Positions 25,318 to 38,960 of a stretch of DNA of 64,000 nucleotides are shown piece after piece; positions within the stretch are counted from its first letter, which is position 1, and every line of letters starts with the position of its first letter. The stretch lies in assembly GCF_006345805.1 (NCBI RefSeq), contig NC_043004.1:79918001-79982000 (forward strand), in the 5' to 3' direction. Under the pieces are notes generated by a model that worked only from the letters and a program-made list of their open reading frames with translations, had not been told where the DNA came from and did no database searches. The translations under genes and the position numbers were made by a program. This DNA comes from Octopus sinensis (taxonomy: Eukaryota).

Positions 25318-25942
25318 ATATCAATAATACAGTGCTTGTTTCTTGTCAGGAACAAAAAGATTAATAGAACTGCTATAGAAGTGCTCTATTGAAAGAGACA
25401 AAAATCAAACTAAAGTTATTGAACAAATAAATGCAAGGTCATCCGCATATCATTTCATAATTCGAACATTTAATCATAGAATATACATATAAACATCCCG
25501 CAAGATGGAACGTAATTCATCTGTACAATCATACAAGCATATAATAATAATAAGGTGCGAGAAAAAAATTTTTTTCCTTCATCACAGTATAGAGTTAATA
25601 TTTTAGCGATTCAGAAAAATACATTTTTCTAAAAAAACCTAGAAAGTAAAAATATAATATAATATAAGTAATATATAAAAAAATATATAGGTATATAAAA
25701 ATATATAAAATATATATATATATATATACATATAGGAGCATATAAAAAATATATAATATATATCATATAAATAAAATAAAAGTTCATCGTTTAGAAATCT
25801 ATTAAATAATTATTCAAGTAAAAGAAGCCTTATAGTTAAAAAGGGAACCATATTTACTTATCCCTATGGCCATTTCAGGGATGTATTATGTTTAAAGCAC
25901 TAGGGTGCATCCAGATAATACCTCCTTCGTCCAGATAATACC

Positions 25943-25997
<55 letters not shown>

Positions 25998-26478
25998 TAT
26001 ATACATACACAGGTTACATAGCTGTTTCATGCAATTCTATATAGGATTACAATTATCAAATATGTTTGCTCAGATCTGAATATATATACATAGCAATATC
26101 AAAATCATGCCAGTGGCACATAAAAAGCACCATCGGATCATGGTCAATGTCAGTTCCTCTGGCCCTTGTGTTGGTGGCACATAAAAAGCACTCACTACAC
26201 TCATGGAGTGGTTGGCATTAGGAAGGGCATCCAGTTGTAGAAATACTGCCAGATCAGATTGGGTCCTGATGCAGCCTCCTGGCTTCCCAGACCCCAGTCG
26301 AACTGTCCAACCCATGCCAGCATGGAAAATGGATGTTAAACGATGATGATGATTATGATATATTGAAGAGCATAGGCTTGAAATGTAAAAGACTTTTTCA
26401 CTTTACCAAGTGTCAAACTAACACACCTGCTTGTTTTTTATTCACCTTTCTTCGTCTTTTGCTTTTCTGTAAATTTCA

Positions 26479-26510
<32 letters not shown>

Positions 26511-27597
26511 TAAGAATAAATGATATATGTATGTATATATAATTTATTCTTTCTTTGTCATTGCACTGCAGCCAATCTTGGGTACCATATTGAAGAATTT
26601 AGTTGAATATATCGATCCAGTTCTAACTCTTTTCTGAGCTCTGAAACTTATTCTATTGGAATATTTTGCTTAGCTGATACATTACAGGGATGTAAACAAA
26701 CCAACACTAGTTGTCTAGAGAGCACATAACGTATATCAGCAGACACAAACGATCTGGCATCGGTGCCAGATCTGCCAAATCACATGATCATCACTGATAT
26801 TTTTCTTTGATATTTTTCTGTTGACTATTTTCAACTTTTCAGTTACTGTTATTCTGTAGATTGTTGACAGTGAAATTTGGTTGGCATGCAATGAGTGGAC
26901 AGCTGTCACTGAGGAAGCACAATATGCTGAAATCATAGGATCTAACATGATTTGCTCTCGTACTTGACAGGTATTATCAGCTAACGATATACATCTGTTC
27001 ACTTAGTGTTGTGTGTCTGTATAAGTAGACCTACCAAAACAAATACCACAGTATCCAATATTTTAAGAATATCATGTTGATTGACCTCTGGTATTAATAT
27101 TGCTTCCTTTGTAAATATATATATATATATATACACATACATATTTATTTATATATGTGTATATAAACATATATATATATATATGCATATATATGTGTGT
27201 GTGTGTGTGTATAGATATATATATATATATATATTACCCTTTTATTTGTTCCAGTCATTTGACTGTGGCCATGCTGGAGCACTGCCTTAAAGAGGGTTAG
27301 TCAAAGAAGAAATCGACTCCAGAACTTATTCTTTATAAGCTTAGTACTTATTCCATCGGTTTCTTTTGCTGAACTGCATTTATGTCCCTGTAAACAGGTG
27401 CACCCTGTGAAGGACTAGTCTCCTGAACAGTGAGGAGTGTTGACCTGCTTGCCTATCCACTGGGGTGGCATCCTTCATAAGCTAAAACAATGCAAGGAAG
27501 CAGATGGTGCTTTTTATAAAAATTCACTTGTGGATATTCACTAGTGTTTGAGTTAGATATATGTATAGATAGATATATACTCTTTACTCTCTTTACT

Positions 27598-28010
27598 TTT
27601 TTACTTGTTTCAGTCATTTGACTGTGGTGATGCTGGAGCACCGCCTTTAGTCGTGCAAATCGACACCCAGGACTTATTCTTTGTAAGCCTAGTACTTATT
27701 CTATCGGTCTCTCTTGCCGAACCGCTAAGTTACGGCAATGTAAACACACCAGCATTGGTTGTCAAGCGATGTTGGGGGTACAAACACAGACACACAAACA
27801 TATACACACACAAACATACACACACATACATATATATACATACATATGACGGGCTTCTTTCAGTCTCTGTCTACCAAATCCACTCACAAGGCTTTGGTCG
27901 GCCCGAGGCTATAGTAGAAGACACTTGCCCAAGGTGCCATGCAGTGGGACTGAACCCAGAACCATGTGGTTGGTAAGCAAGCTACTTACCACACAGCCAC
28001 TCCTACGCCT
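27598..28010 (-). mobile_element. Family C SINE, full length, little diverged
   Basis: Near-collinear with 955-1360 and 56753-57178. Confidence 0.88.
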
Positions 28011-31000
28011 ATATATCTATATCTAGATCTAGATCTGTCTATATACATATATATAGAGAGAGATTCGTGTATGAAGCTTATTTGGTAAAATATAATTTAC
28101 AGTTTTCTAATTAAGTCATTCTTTCCTGGTTTATTTTAGTCATTAGGCTCAATTCGTTTACAGACCAACATGGTTTATCTTGTTCTTCTGTTGTATTTTT
28201 GGTATTAATTTATTATTCATTTCATGTAGTTACAACAGGAATAACATTGTTCAGCTTATGCTGTAACCTACTTTGACAAGCTGAGGAAGAATATTTTAAA
28301 GAATTTTTTTTCTTTTCTGAGTGCTTTGGGTTAAATATAGGTTATTAATAATCTTAATATTATTAGATATTGAAGTCTTCTAATTCTGTGGTAGAACAAC
28401 GTAGGAATATGGATATTTTAGAATTACTTATTTGTTGGAACTACAAAATGATGGGTGTGTGGTTAAGAAGCAAGTTTTGCAAGTGCTTGGTTCCAGGTTC
28501 AATCCCATTGCATGGCACCTTGGGTAAGTGTTTTCTATTATGACCCTTGGCTGACTGTAAGGGAATTTGGTAAATAAATGTGTGTGTGTGATGTTATAAT
28601 GTGACGAACCAGACTATCAGATGTTGTTATGCACCACTGGTCACTGTGCTTCCTGGCATTGTTTTAGCTTATGAATGATGCCACCCCAGTGGTTAGGCAA
28701 GCAGGTTGACACTCCTCCCTGATCAGGAGACTAGTCCTTCACAGGGTGCACCTATTTACAGCTGAGTGGACTGCAGCAACATTAAAGAAAGCATTTTACT
28801 CAAGAGTACAATGTTCAGCTAACCTGGGGATCGAAACCATGATCTCATGGTTGTGAATGTAATGAGCCTAAGCACTTTGCATGTGTGTGTGTGGCTGTGT
28901 CTGTGTTTGTCACTTCACCCCCTGACAGCCAATGTTGGTTTGTTTATGTCCCTGTAGCTTAGTGGTTTGGCAAAAGGGACTGATTGAGTGAGTATCAGAC
29001 TTCAAAAAGTATAATAAACACCCTCTACACTCTCGGAGTGGTTGGCATTAGGAAAGGCATCCAGCTGTAGAAACCCTACTAAATCAGATTGGGACCTGGT
29101 GCACCCCTCCTCCAGCTTACCAGTTTTCAGTCAAACCATCCAACCCATGCCACCATGGAAAGCAGACATTAAAAGATGGTAATGATGGGATTGACTTGTT
29201 TGCCTGAGTCCTTCAAGGCAGAACCCCAGCATGGCTGCAGTTCAGTAACTGATGCAAGTAAAAGCAAAAAGGGTTTTTAAAAAAAAAAAGCATTTATGCA
29301 AATTATGTCGTCCATGTTGTTTCTGGTTTGTTGTAGGATGAAGAATGGTTAATTACTTCCATTTCAACCCCAATTAAGATATGAAAATGCTAAAATGCTA
29401 ATTTTCCTCATGGGACCATTTAGAATGTCTTTTGCTTAAATATAGTTTCTGTTTATAATATTGAGAGGTTGAGATCAAACTCCCCTGAGGTCGACCTCTC
29501 CTTTCATGCTTTCAGAATCGGTAAAAAAGTGTTCGAATGAAACGCTGGGGTCAATGTAATCAACTGGGTCCCTCCCATGAGATTTTAGGCTTTGGGCCTA
29601 AATTAGGAGACGTTCTAATGAGGAAGAGCTGAATGTCAGGATTGTTAATGTATAAGTTAGTTTGCATAAAATGTTGTCTTAAAATCCTAAAAATTAAATT
29701 ATTTTGTGTCTTTTAAAAGACTTCATTATTTTTGCTTAAGCTGGTAAAAATTAAAATGCTACAGTGATGATTAATGACTTTTAAGGAAAATTTAAAATGT
29801 CCTAAAGTAAAGTCTCTCATCCATCAATTCCGAAAATGTAAACGTTTTTTTTTTTTTTTTGGCATTTGTTTTCAAAACCATCAAAATTCGTTTAGATTGA
29901 TTAATAAGTTCCAAATATTTAGATAAAAAAATAACAAAACAAAACAAAACAAGCACAGGTTGTGTGATTAAGAAGTTTGCTATGCAACCATGTGGTTTCG
30001 AGGTCAGTCCCACTGTATGACACCTTAGGCAAGTGTCTTCTGTGTCAGTTGCTATATCTCCAGGCAAACCAGAGTTTTGTGAGTGGATTTGATTGATAGA
30101 AATTTGATGCTAGTGTGTATGTATATGCAAGTGTATGTGTGTATACATACAAAATATATATTGAACGCCAAACATCCTCTTCCAAGTATATATATATATA
30201 TATGTGTGTGGTGTGTGTGTGTGTATAACCTTTCATCATTTGATACTGGATCCCCTCCTCTGATGCCCACCTTTGTTGTGACAAGACACCTGCTTCTGTC
30301 TCTCTGTCACACTCTAACCTTTCATCCCCTGACACAAGTTCCCCTCCTCAAATTCCCCCTGCCCCTCTCATAATTCCTTATTTTGTGAGTTACTTGGTGA
30401 CCCTGCCAGTACTGGTGCCACGTTAAAAGCATCCAGTCCACACTGTGACATGGTTGGCATCTGGAAAGGCATCCAGCTGTAAAAATCTTATCAAAACTAA
30501 CTTCACCTGTGCTAATACCTCGTAAAAAGCACTAAGTCCACTCTGCAGAGTGGTTGGTTTTAGGAAGGGCATACAGCTGTAAAAATCCTGCCAAAACAGG
30601 CACTGTAGCCTAGGGTAGTTTTTCTACCTGGCCAGCTCCTGTCAGCCATCCTACCCATGCATGCATGCAAGATGGACGTTAAACAATGATGATATGTATT
30701 CACATACACCACATGCTTTCATAGTATGATTTCTGCAACCGGAGATGCTTTCTATTTGCCAACACCTTTATGGAGTGTGTTGATTGCTTTTTCTGTAGCA
30801 CCAGTATTAGTATGGTCACAATGCAGCTTGCATGACTAACCCCCTTTGGCTACAGTAGGTGGGGTGGGGAGGTGACTTTGTTATGAGATGAAGGACTGCA
30901 GTATAAGACAAGGAGCCAGACCAGAAAGGGTCTCTTGCTATAGTGGAGGTTTGTGGCTCCTCACATTATGGAAGAGTTAGCAGTAGTAGCTAAAGCAGAG

Positions 31001-31959
31001 ATGGAGAGATGAAATAGTTGTGATGAGGTGTCAGGGTAGAGTGCATAACTGGTATTTATTTCATCAACCCCGAAAGGACGAAAGACGAAGTCAACCTTGA
31101 CGGAATTTGAACCCAGAATGTAGCAACGGGCAAAATACTGCTAAGCAATTTGCCTGATGTGCTAACGATTCTGCCAGCTCGCTTCCTTAATGATGATGAT
31201 AATAATAATAATAATAATATAGTGGACAGGAAAATAGAGGATGAATGAATGGAAGACAGGGAGATGACTTGTGGTTGGGAGAGATTACAAGAGTGTGTAG
31301 GGGACAGAGGTAGGGAATGAAGGGATTATTTTGTAATATCCCTTGAATAGTTTGCAATATTTGCTTCAGACATTTTGCATAAATTGAGAAAGAAAAACAA
31401 CAACAGAAAACAGATTGTAAAAAACAAATATAATGATATTGTGGTGAAACTACAAGGCAGGAAAATATTGAAAGTAATTATCAGATCTTGGTTGCTGTTG
31501 ATCGAAACTGTTCAATACTATTTAAAAGGAAAAAAATAATAGAAAATATAATAATGATAGATTTTAGAAGACTTAGAACATGAAAGCTACATTTCCTGTG
31601 TCGCAAAATCATTGTAACATATGAAACACATTACATGGGATGCCTCCAGCTGGGGCAATCTAATAACATATTTACTGCTCTGTTTATGAGGGAGAAAAAC
31701 GATGAAAGAAAACTAGCAAAAAAACAACAACATAAAACAATATATTAAAACAATAATGTATATGTATATAAAATATAAACAATATAAAACAAATTAGTAG
31801 TTAAGTGTGCGAGGGTGCAATCCATTTGCTGGTTACTATGGAAACCGTGCATATGTTCATGTGAGATGTAATTAATTTTTTTTCTTTCTTCTTAGCGTTT
31901 CTATCACTGGTTTAATAGTACTGCAAGATGGTGTTTCCTTTTTGTATATAGTTGTGTAT

Positions 31960-32181
31960 GTATAAATGTGGGTGTATGTATATATATATATATATGCATG
32001 TTTGTATGTATGTATGTATGTGTATATGTAGTGTTATATATGTGTGTGTGTATGCATGTGTATATATATATATATATACATATGCATGTGTGTATGCATG
32101 TGTGTGTATATATATATATATATACATATACATGTGTGTATGTATGTGTGTGTATATATATATATATATGCATGTGTGTAT

Positions 32182-32215
<34 letters not shown>

Positions 32216-32232
32216 GCATGTGTGTATGTATG

Positions 32233-32268
<36 letters not shown>

Positions 32269-32420
32269 TGCATGTGTGCATGTATAGATATCTGTATGTG
32301 TCTATATGTGTATCATTGTATGTGTTTGTGTGTATAGATACATGTTTGTGTATGTATGTGTATATCTGTCTATGCATGCATGTGTGTGTGCCCGGCCATA
32401 TGTATATACCTGTGTATGCA
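31960..32420. repeat. Compound (TA)n/(TG)n/(TATG)n tract
   Basis: Visible low-complexity repeat; source of six spurious ORFs. Confidence 0.95.
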
Positions 32421-32434
32421 TATGAATATATTTG

Positions 32435-32880
32435 TGTGCGTGAGATGTTGCATGATATTGCGACAAGTGCACTTAATGCAGAAAAATGTGCAAAAGATTA
32501 GAAATGAAAGAAGCACGCCTACTCGTTTAGATGTGCCTCATCATTAATGTGCATCAATGATGAGGCACAGTTTGAGCTGAGAAAACCACTGGTTGTTAGA
32601 GGAATTGGACCGTAGTGTACAGAAGAAGTGACAGCACCATTTTGGACACGGAATATATATACAGATGATGGCAGATGGTTGAAGAAGTGTCAGGAAAGCT
32701 ATGTCGGAAGATGCTACAGGAAAGGAAGAATGAAGATGGAGGCAGACGTGGTGAAAGCTGATCTCTAGATGGTCAACCTCGTGAAAGATATGACTAAGGC
32801 ATACAAATGATGACATGCTGTGTTGGAGAGGAACCATCTAACCCAGTCAAGCATGGAAAAACAGATGTAAAACTGATGAT
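32435..32880 (+). mobile_element. Degenerate RTEX/RTE-group LINE 3' end
   Basis: Frameshifted match to CVRSAMLHGSETWAL...RNE-x-SMLRWMC...LR-x-x-LG-x-RGI...FGH...DG-x-W-x-KKC...GR...VVKADL. Ends in gcatggaaaaacagatgtaaaactgatgat. Confidence 0.72.
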
Positions 32881-33340
32881 ATATGTTAGATATATTGAAT
32901 TTCTAAATGTCTCAGAGAGACATGAGCGGTGGTGGGGCAATATAGTGGTTGTATACTGTCAACTCAACGTGACAGTCCCGTAAATATATGATATATATAT
33001 ATTTGATAATATATGTGATAATATATGTGATAATATATGTGTACATACATGCATACATATATATATATGAATGTATGTATTAAGTATAAAGGCAGTGAGC
33101 TGGCAGAAATGTTACCATGCTGGGTGAAATACTTAGTGGTATTTCTTCTGCCATTACATTCTGAGTTCAAATTCCGCCAAGGTCATCCCATCATTTCAAG
33201 GTCGATTAAATAAGTACCAGTCATACACAAGGGCCGATGTAATCGACTTAATCCTTTTGTCTGTCCTTGTTTGTTCCCTCTATATTTAGCCCCATGTGGA
33301 CAATAAAGCAATAGATATATGTATTATGTAAATATTGATA

Positions 33341-33650
33341 TGTAGTAAAGATTGTTTGCCAACATAATATGGCAGTCCTGGTTTAGGACGAATGTTGCTG
33401 TAATTTAGCCCCGGGAGACATTTTCTCCAGCTGGCTATATGACATGATCTATGTCATATTTTCAAACAAGAAAATATAAGGACACAGAGTGTGTTGTATA
33501 GCCAGCTGAAGACGATGTCTCCAGGGGCTAAATTACAGCAACATTAGTCCTAAACCAGGACTGCCATATTATGTTGGCAAACAATCTTTACTACAAAGTA
33601 CTGTTGCTGAATATCTCTCGTTGTGAGATTTAAAAATAGTAATTTCCAAA
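33341..33650. mobile_element. Long-palindrome (fold-back) element
   Basis: Arms 33341-33439 and 33497-33595 (99 bp each) are inverted copies; the right arm continues to about 33650 and matches the start of the 20594 copy. Confidence 0.85.
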
Positions 33651-35291
33651 TATTAATATGTTTAATCACTTCCAGGTTTTCCATCAAAATTCTGTATCAC
33701 CCAGTTAAACAAAGTTCTATATATCATTATCATCATATGTCCATTTTCCATGCTGGTATGGGTTGGACAGTCTGACAAGGACTGACAAACTGTAAGATTG
33801 TATCAAGCTCCAGTGTTAGCTGGCATGGTTTCTATGGCTGGATGTTCTTGCTAATAATTCTTTCCACTATAAGCAAGGCCTGGAGTTTGGGAGGAAAGTG
33901 GGGGGGGGCTAATCGATTACATCAACCGCCATGCGTAACTGATGCTTATTTCTGAAAGGATGAAAAGCGAGGTTGATTTTGGTGGAATTTGAAGTCGGAA
34001 AGAAGAAGGATGAAATGCCTCAAAGCATTTTGTCTGGTGTGCAAATGATTCTGTTATTGTTTTTGTTGAATAAAATTTGTTGAAAGAAAGCCACAATAAT
34101 TATGCACCAATCCAATATAATGATCAGTGAAACGTGGTATGTGGTATTAAGTCTACTGTTCAAATACCCAATGAAATATCCACATATCTATGCAATGGCA
34201 TATCTAGGCACGGCTGTGTGGTTAAGGAGCTTGCTTTGCAACCATGTGGTTCCAGGTTCAGTCCCACTATACAGCACCTTGGGCAAGTGTCTTTTACTAT
34301 AACCCTGGGCTGATCAATGTCGCATGAATTTATTTTGGAGATGGAAAGTATGGAAGGTCATTATGTGTATGTATGTGTGTGTGTGTGTGTGGCTACTGAT
34401 TGAGAACTGGTGTTGGTTTGTTTACATCCCTGTTACTTAGCAGTTTGGCAAAAGACCAAAAATCCTTCAAGGCTGTGCCCCAGTATGGCCACAGTCCAAT
34501 GACTGAAACAGGTAACCAGTAAAGGATAAAATCTAAGCATTTCATTTCTGCATAACAATATATTACTGGTATTCAATTTGTAGGTCCTTAGAGACTTGAC
34601 GGTCAACTTTGACAAGATTTATGTCAGGTATAGGATGTCACGAGACATCTTGTCTTGCTCGCAACTCCTCCATCTCTCTCTTGCTCTCTTATCATGCAAC
34701 ATGACTATAGGCATTGTTGATCGAGAGCCTCCATACCGAAATCTAAAGATTTCTAAATTTTTTTGAGAATGATGCAGCAGTGGTTTCCCATTGTCTTCTG
34801 TTGGGTTATCTACAGCTTACTTTACCAGTTTCTTGCTCACTATAGCTTACACTTGAGGCATAGAGCCTATGTAACCTTTAAATGGGGATTGGTTCATTTG
34901 ATATCAGAGCAGATCCATGCTTCAGCTGGCTTTTACGACATGTGCCTCAGTTGTGAGTGTATCTTTACAAATTAGCTTGTTTACTCCAAGTCAACCAAGG
35001 AGCTTCTATATGGTCATTTGGTTTGCTAGAAATAGCAACTAAATTGCCTCCAAATTACAGCCTGATATTGTAAAAAAAATTGGAAGGGCACGCATAATAA
35101 TGTAAACCTTTAATGAAATGTGTCTATGACTTAGCCTTTGGTCATAGATCTGTTTATTCAGAACTGTATGCTTACAAGTTAGCTTGTTTACTCCAAGTCA
35201 ACAAAAGGTCTTCTACAAAGACTTTCAGGTTGCTAGAAATAACAGCTAAATTGCCTTCAGACTACAACCTGATATTGTAAGAAAAGGAGTC

Positions 35292-35464
35292 TAGGACATT
35301 TACCCCCCCCCCTGGACAATAACTCCTGAGGACAATAGATGATGATTTAAAACTTCTTAATATATTAGAGAGGGGTTAATCAACAAAGAGAGTAATTGTC
35401 CTAGTGGGTAGTTGTCATCGGGGTGGAATTGTCCTATGGGGAGGTGGATGTAATTGTCCTGAAA
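35292..35464. mobile_element. Small non-autonomous DNA element with subterminal GGACAAT/ATTGTCC repeats
   Basis: Three GGACA(A/T)T motifs on the left and three or four (A/G)TTGTC(C/A) motifs in opposite orientation on the right. Confidence 0.5.
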
Positions 35465-36580
35465 CGAAGAAAAGAAAGGACACCTAGAATAATGTAAAAG
35501 CCATAGTGAGCTATGTAAACATCTTGGTTGGAATACCTTTGATCATATACCTGCTCATTCGGAACTGACCTGGGGTTAAACAGTGACAACAGACTTGTCC
35601 ACTCATTACCCAAGGCTAATGCAGGTATGTGTGTGTTGCAATCACACACACACACACACTCGTATGTGTGACACAGTCACACTCTTGTACACACACACAC
35701 ACACATGTAAAATGGTATAAAACATGCAGTAAATGTAATTATTTATTTATATGTCTCTGGCAGAAAGCCAGCCACTACACAAGACTGGAATGACAATACC
35801 ATATTGATAATGGTTTCTTCCATTAAGCACAAAGCCATTCTGTATATAGGAAAGGTGTCTACACAATTAAATCAGCTCCAACACATTGTTGTTGAAATGG
35901 CCAGTCGTATGCATAAAATATTGGATTTCTGCTGAAAGGTCTTCAGTTTAAATCCACTGCGGTTGTTTCGTTGTTTATTTTGGCAGCACACTTCAAGCTA
36001 CGTCTCTTCGTCTGCCAAGCTGTCTTCAATATGTACCATTTATTATTATTATTGTTGTTGTTGTTCAGCCCTAGGCCAGTCTTAACCAAGTAGAACCCGG
36101 GGTATGCATATAGCAAGTTGAATGATTTTTTTTGTGGTCTATATTTCTGTTGTGTGAGGTTTAGATGTGATGGGGAGAGTTGGGTGCAGCTGTTTGAATA
36201 CTGATAGTTTGACCTGGCCATTGGAAGCCAGTACACACACACACACACACACTCACACACACATGTATACTCAGAAAGAGAGAGAGAGAAAGGCAGGGGA
36301 AGAAACATTAAAACATCTTGTCTTGGAAGGGTCATTACACCAGTAATGATAAACACATGCACTGGTTCAATATCACTTCTTTAATGTTATACAATCAGCT
36401 AAATATAACAAAAGCCCATGCTCAAAACATCATTTCCACTCCTATTTTTCCAACTAAAACTTTCACTAAGCACCAATCTAATATATTCACTGTGTACATC
36501 TAATTGACTTTAGTTGATTTTCTGGTTATTTTTTAATTTATTTTTGAGTTGTCTACGCATGCATACATGCACACATACAT

Positions 36581-37590
36581 CAGATGAAAGGATGAGTATA
36601 TATGAGCAGAAGACTATGCATGGATATGTTAGTAGAAAGCTCCATGATGATAGTAACATCAATCATCAAAGCAGTTTATCATGGACGAATAGCCAGAATA
36701 CTACGTCCCACTTTGAAGGGTATGCATTTGCAATCCAAGAACAGGAAATATCAACCAAGTACCTGATGCACAAAAGGGATACAGATGCAGGACAAGCTGT
36801 AAAATGTGACAACTGATGCAGACTTTCTGGAGTTCACACTGAAGATATCACCCACATCATAAGCAGTTGTCCAAAAATGTCATCACAGTATTATCAACCG
36901 ATGAGACATGATGTTGTAGCTAGGACACTGTACAATGGAATCTGTCAGAAGGATAATCCCAAGGACAAAGAAATAAGAACCCACAGTATGGTAGAAGCCA
37001 TTGTCACTCATAATAAAAAGGAATACTGGTGGAATGTACCAGTGAAGACCTCAACAAAATGTAAGCACAACAGACCTGATATTATGATTTGGGATAGAGA
37101 AGAGAAACTGTGCAGAGTTGTGGAAATTAGCTGTCCAGCAGATGTTAACATAAAACTGAAGATCAGTGAAAAAGAGAACACCTACTCTTAACTATTGAGA
37201 AATCTGCAGTTGCTCTATCCAGATTTCAAGTTCAGGTTTATACCTGTAATTATTGGGGCCCTGGAATATGTAACACACTGCCTAAATACCAATCTTGAGA
37301 AGTTAGGCTTCTCGAAAGGAGAAAGCTAATTCGAAGACTACAGATCCAATCTATCACTGGAAATGTAAAAATCTGTAAAACTTTCCTGAAGTTTATCATT
37401 TAAATATATATTAGCATGTCTAGATATGCAATTATATGCATACATAAAACATACAAATCTGCACGCACATACATACAAACAAACAAACAAGCCCTGTTGT
37501 TGATGTTGAAATTCCAATGAAGGAACCTTGGATCTAGGTTATAAACTGGTTCTTTCTCTATTGGCAAGAAATCTTGAAATAAACTGAATG
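36581..37590 (+). mobile_element. 5'-truncated R4/Dong-like non-LTR retrotransposon (restriction-like endonuclease end)
   Basis: One frame with internal stops: EGYAFAIQEQEISTKYL...CDN*CRLSGVHTEDITHIISSCPKM (CCHC knuckle remnant), RHDVVAR, NRPDI...VVEISCP...K (PD-(D/E)xK type), IPVIIGAL, LQIQSITGNVKICKTFL. 3' UTR to about 37590, flanked by ACATACAT at 36573-80 and 37591-98. Confidence 0.88.
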
Positions 37591-37621
<31 letters not shown>

Positions 37622-38548
37622 AATTTCAAATGGGCTGAACAGAACGTAAGTCCCTCAATACTATTGAGGCTTGGTTTGGAAAATTTCTTTTTTCCCCTTT
37701 TGTTGTTGTTGCTTAGTCTCAGAAGAAGATGAGCAGCAACTTCCAATATTAATGGCAATAGTGCAGAGAGAAGTTATTCCCTGAGCAAAGACCCAACCCA
37801 ATTGCTTGTAACAAAATGGAATGTAGTTATAAAAGAAACAAAAACAGACAACAGCAGACTCACGGCTGTGGCGCCTTTGATCTTCAATCAGCTCAGATCT
37901 GTTTAAAAAAAGCTAATTATAGATACATATTTAATAAACTTGTCCTTTGTTGTTATCAGATAGAGTAGAGCTTTATCTCTGCCTCATCTCTTCACAAACC
38001 TATGACATATGATTTTCAATTTTTTTTCACCCTTCTTATCAGGAAATACTTCTAGATTATTCTGAAGCTGGTGTATCACAATCAATTTTTAATGATAGCG
38101 TAACCTCATTAGTATTTTGTTTAGTTTTAAATAGATGGAGGACTGTAGAAAAATGTTGTTTCCTTTAAGGTCAGTCTCGGACATGACTGTCCACACATTT
38201 TGCATTAGCAACATGCTTTTGTGACACCTTAATTAAATTTTGTTTAATTGTATGTGGAGCAGCAGTCAGATTTCAAACATACTTCACTGCAAAATCATGT
38301 CAGAAAAATTCACTGTAAGAAATTATTACACATAAGAAAATTTACCTCAAGACAAATTCATGATATGGACAACGATAAAATGTATTATATCAGTATTTTT
38401 TTAAATATAAAAAAGTGGGGTGGAAATGATAAAAAGTATGTAAGTATGTGTGTGTATATAAGGTTTTATTAGAAAATTTCTGAGCTGCATCTGCAGTGAT
38501 TCTGTTATTCAACAGCTGAGGATCATTAGTAGCCAGAAATGCCAAGAA

Positions 38549-38643
38549 CCAATCATTGGCCATTGGAAACCTGTAATCAATAAGTGTATTGTTCATAAAC
38601 TGGTCCATTGGAAGCTTGTAACCAATCAAAAATTGCTATAAAG
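38549..38643 (+). promoter_or_regulatory. Candidate intronic promoter: CCAAT-box cluster plus TATA-like motif
   Basis: CCAAT at 38549 and 38622, ATTGG at 38555, 38562 and 38607, and TATAAAG at 38637, in sequence with no repeat I recognise. Confidence 0.35.
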
Positions 38644-38945
38644 ATAAATAAACCCTCTTATAGACATCATGTTTTTGGTCTAGAAATTTTACTCCATCTT
38701 TTTTGCTAATGAAATTATATAAAAGAAAAAAAAAAGAAGATAACCAGCGCTGATTTCTGTGTAATCCAATGAAATTCTTTAGTCTGTAGTCTTGTTCTAT
38801 GATATAAGAAAACTTATTTTTTTTATTGCACTGGTAAAAGATAGAATATTTTGCAAAGAGAAGCATTTCAATAGTGAACTACAGTCAAACTTGTGACAAA
38901 GGACAAGCAAAGTGAACAGCTACCAGGATTGATCTTAGAACATAA

Positions 38946-38960
38946 ATGGGAATTAATATG
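38946..38960 (+). CDS. Candidate alternative first coding mini-exon (MGINM) that would splice in frame to the 57500 exon
   Basis: taaATG GGA ATT AAT ATG|GTAAGA: phase-0 donor, in-frame stop immediately upstream, about 300 bp downstream of the CCAAT/TATA cluster. No transcript evidence. Confidence 0.33.

Noticed and set aside
26751-26772. Perfect 9-bp GC-rich hairpin gatctggca-tcgg-tgccagatc, a possible Helitron 3' end
   Set aside because: No CTRR at the expected 8-12 nt distance on either strand.
32532-32569. 14-bp perfect inverted repeat
   Set aside because: It lies inside the RTEX coding relic; at most a small local template switch with no independent feature.
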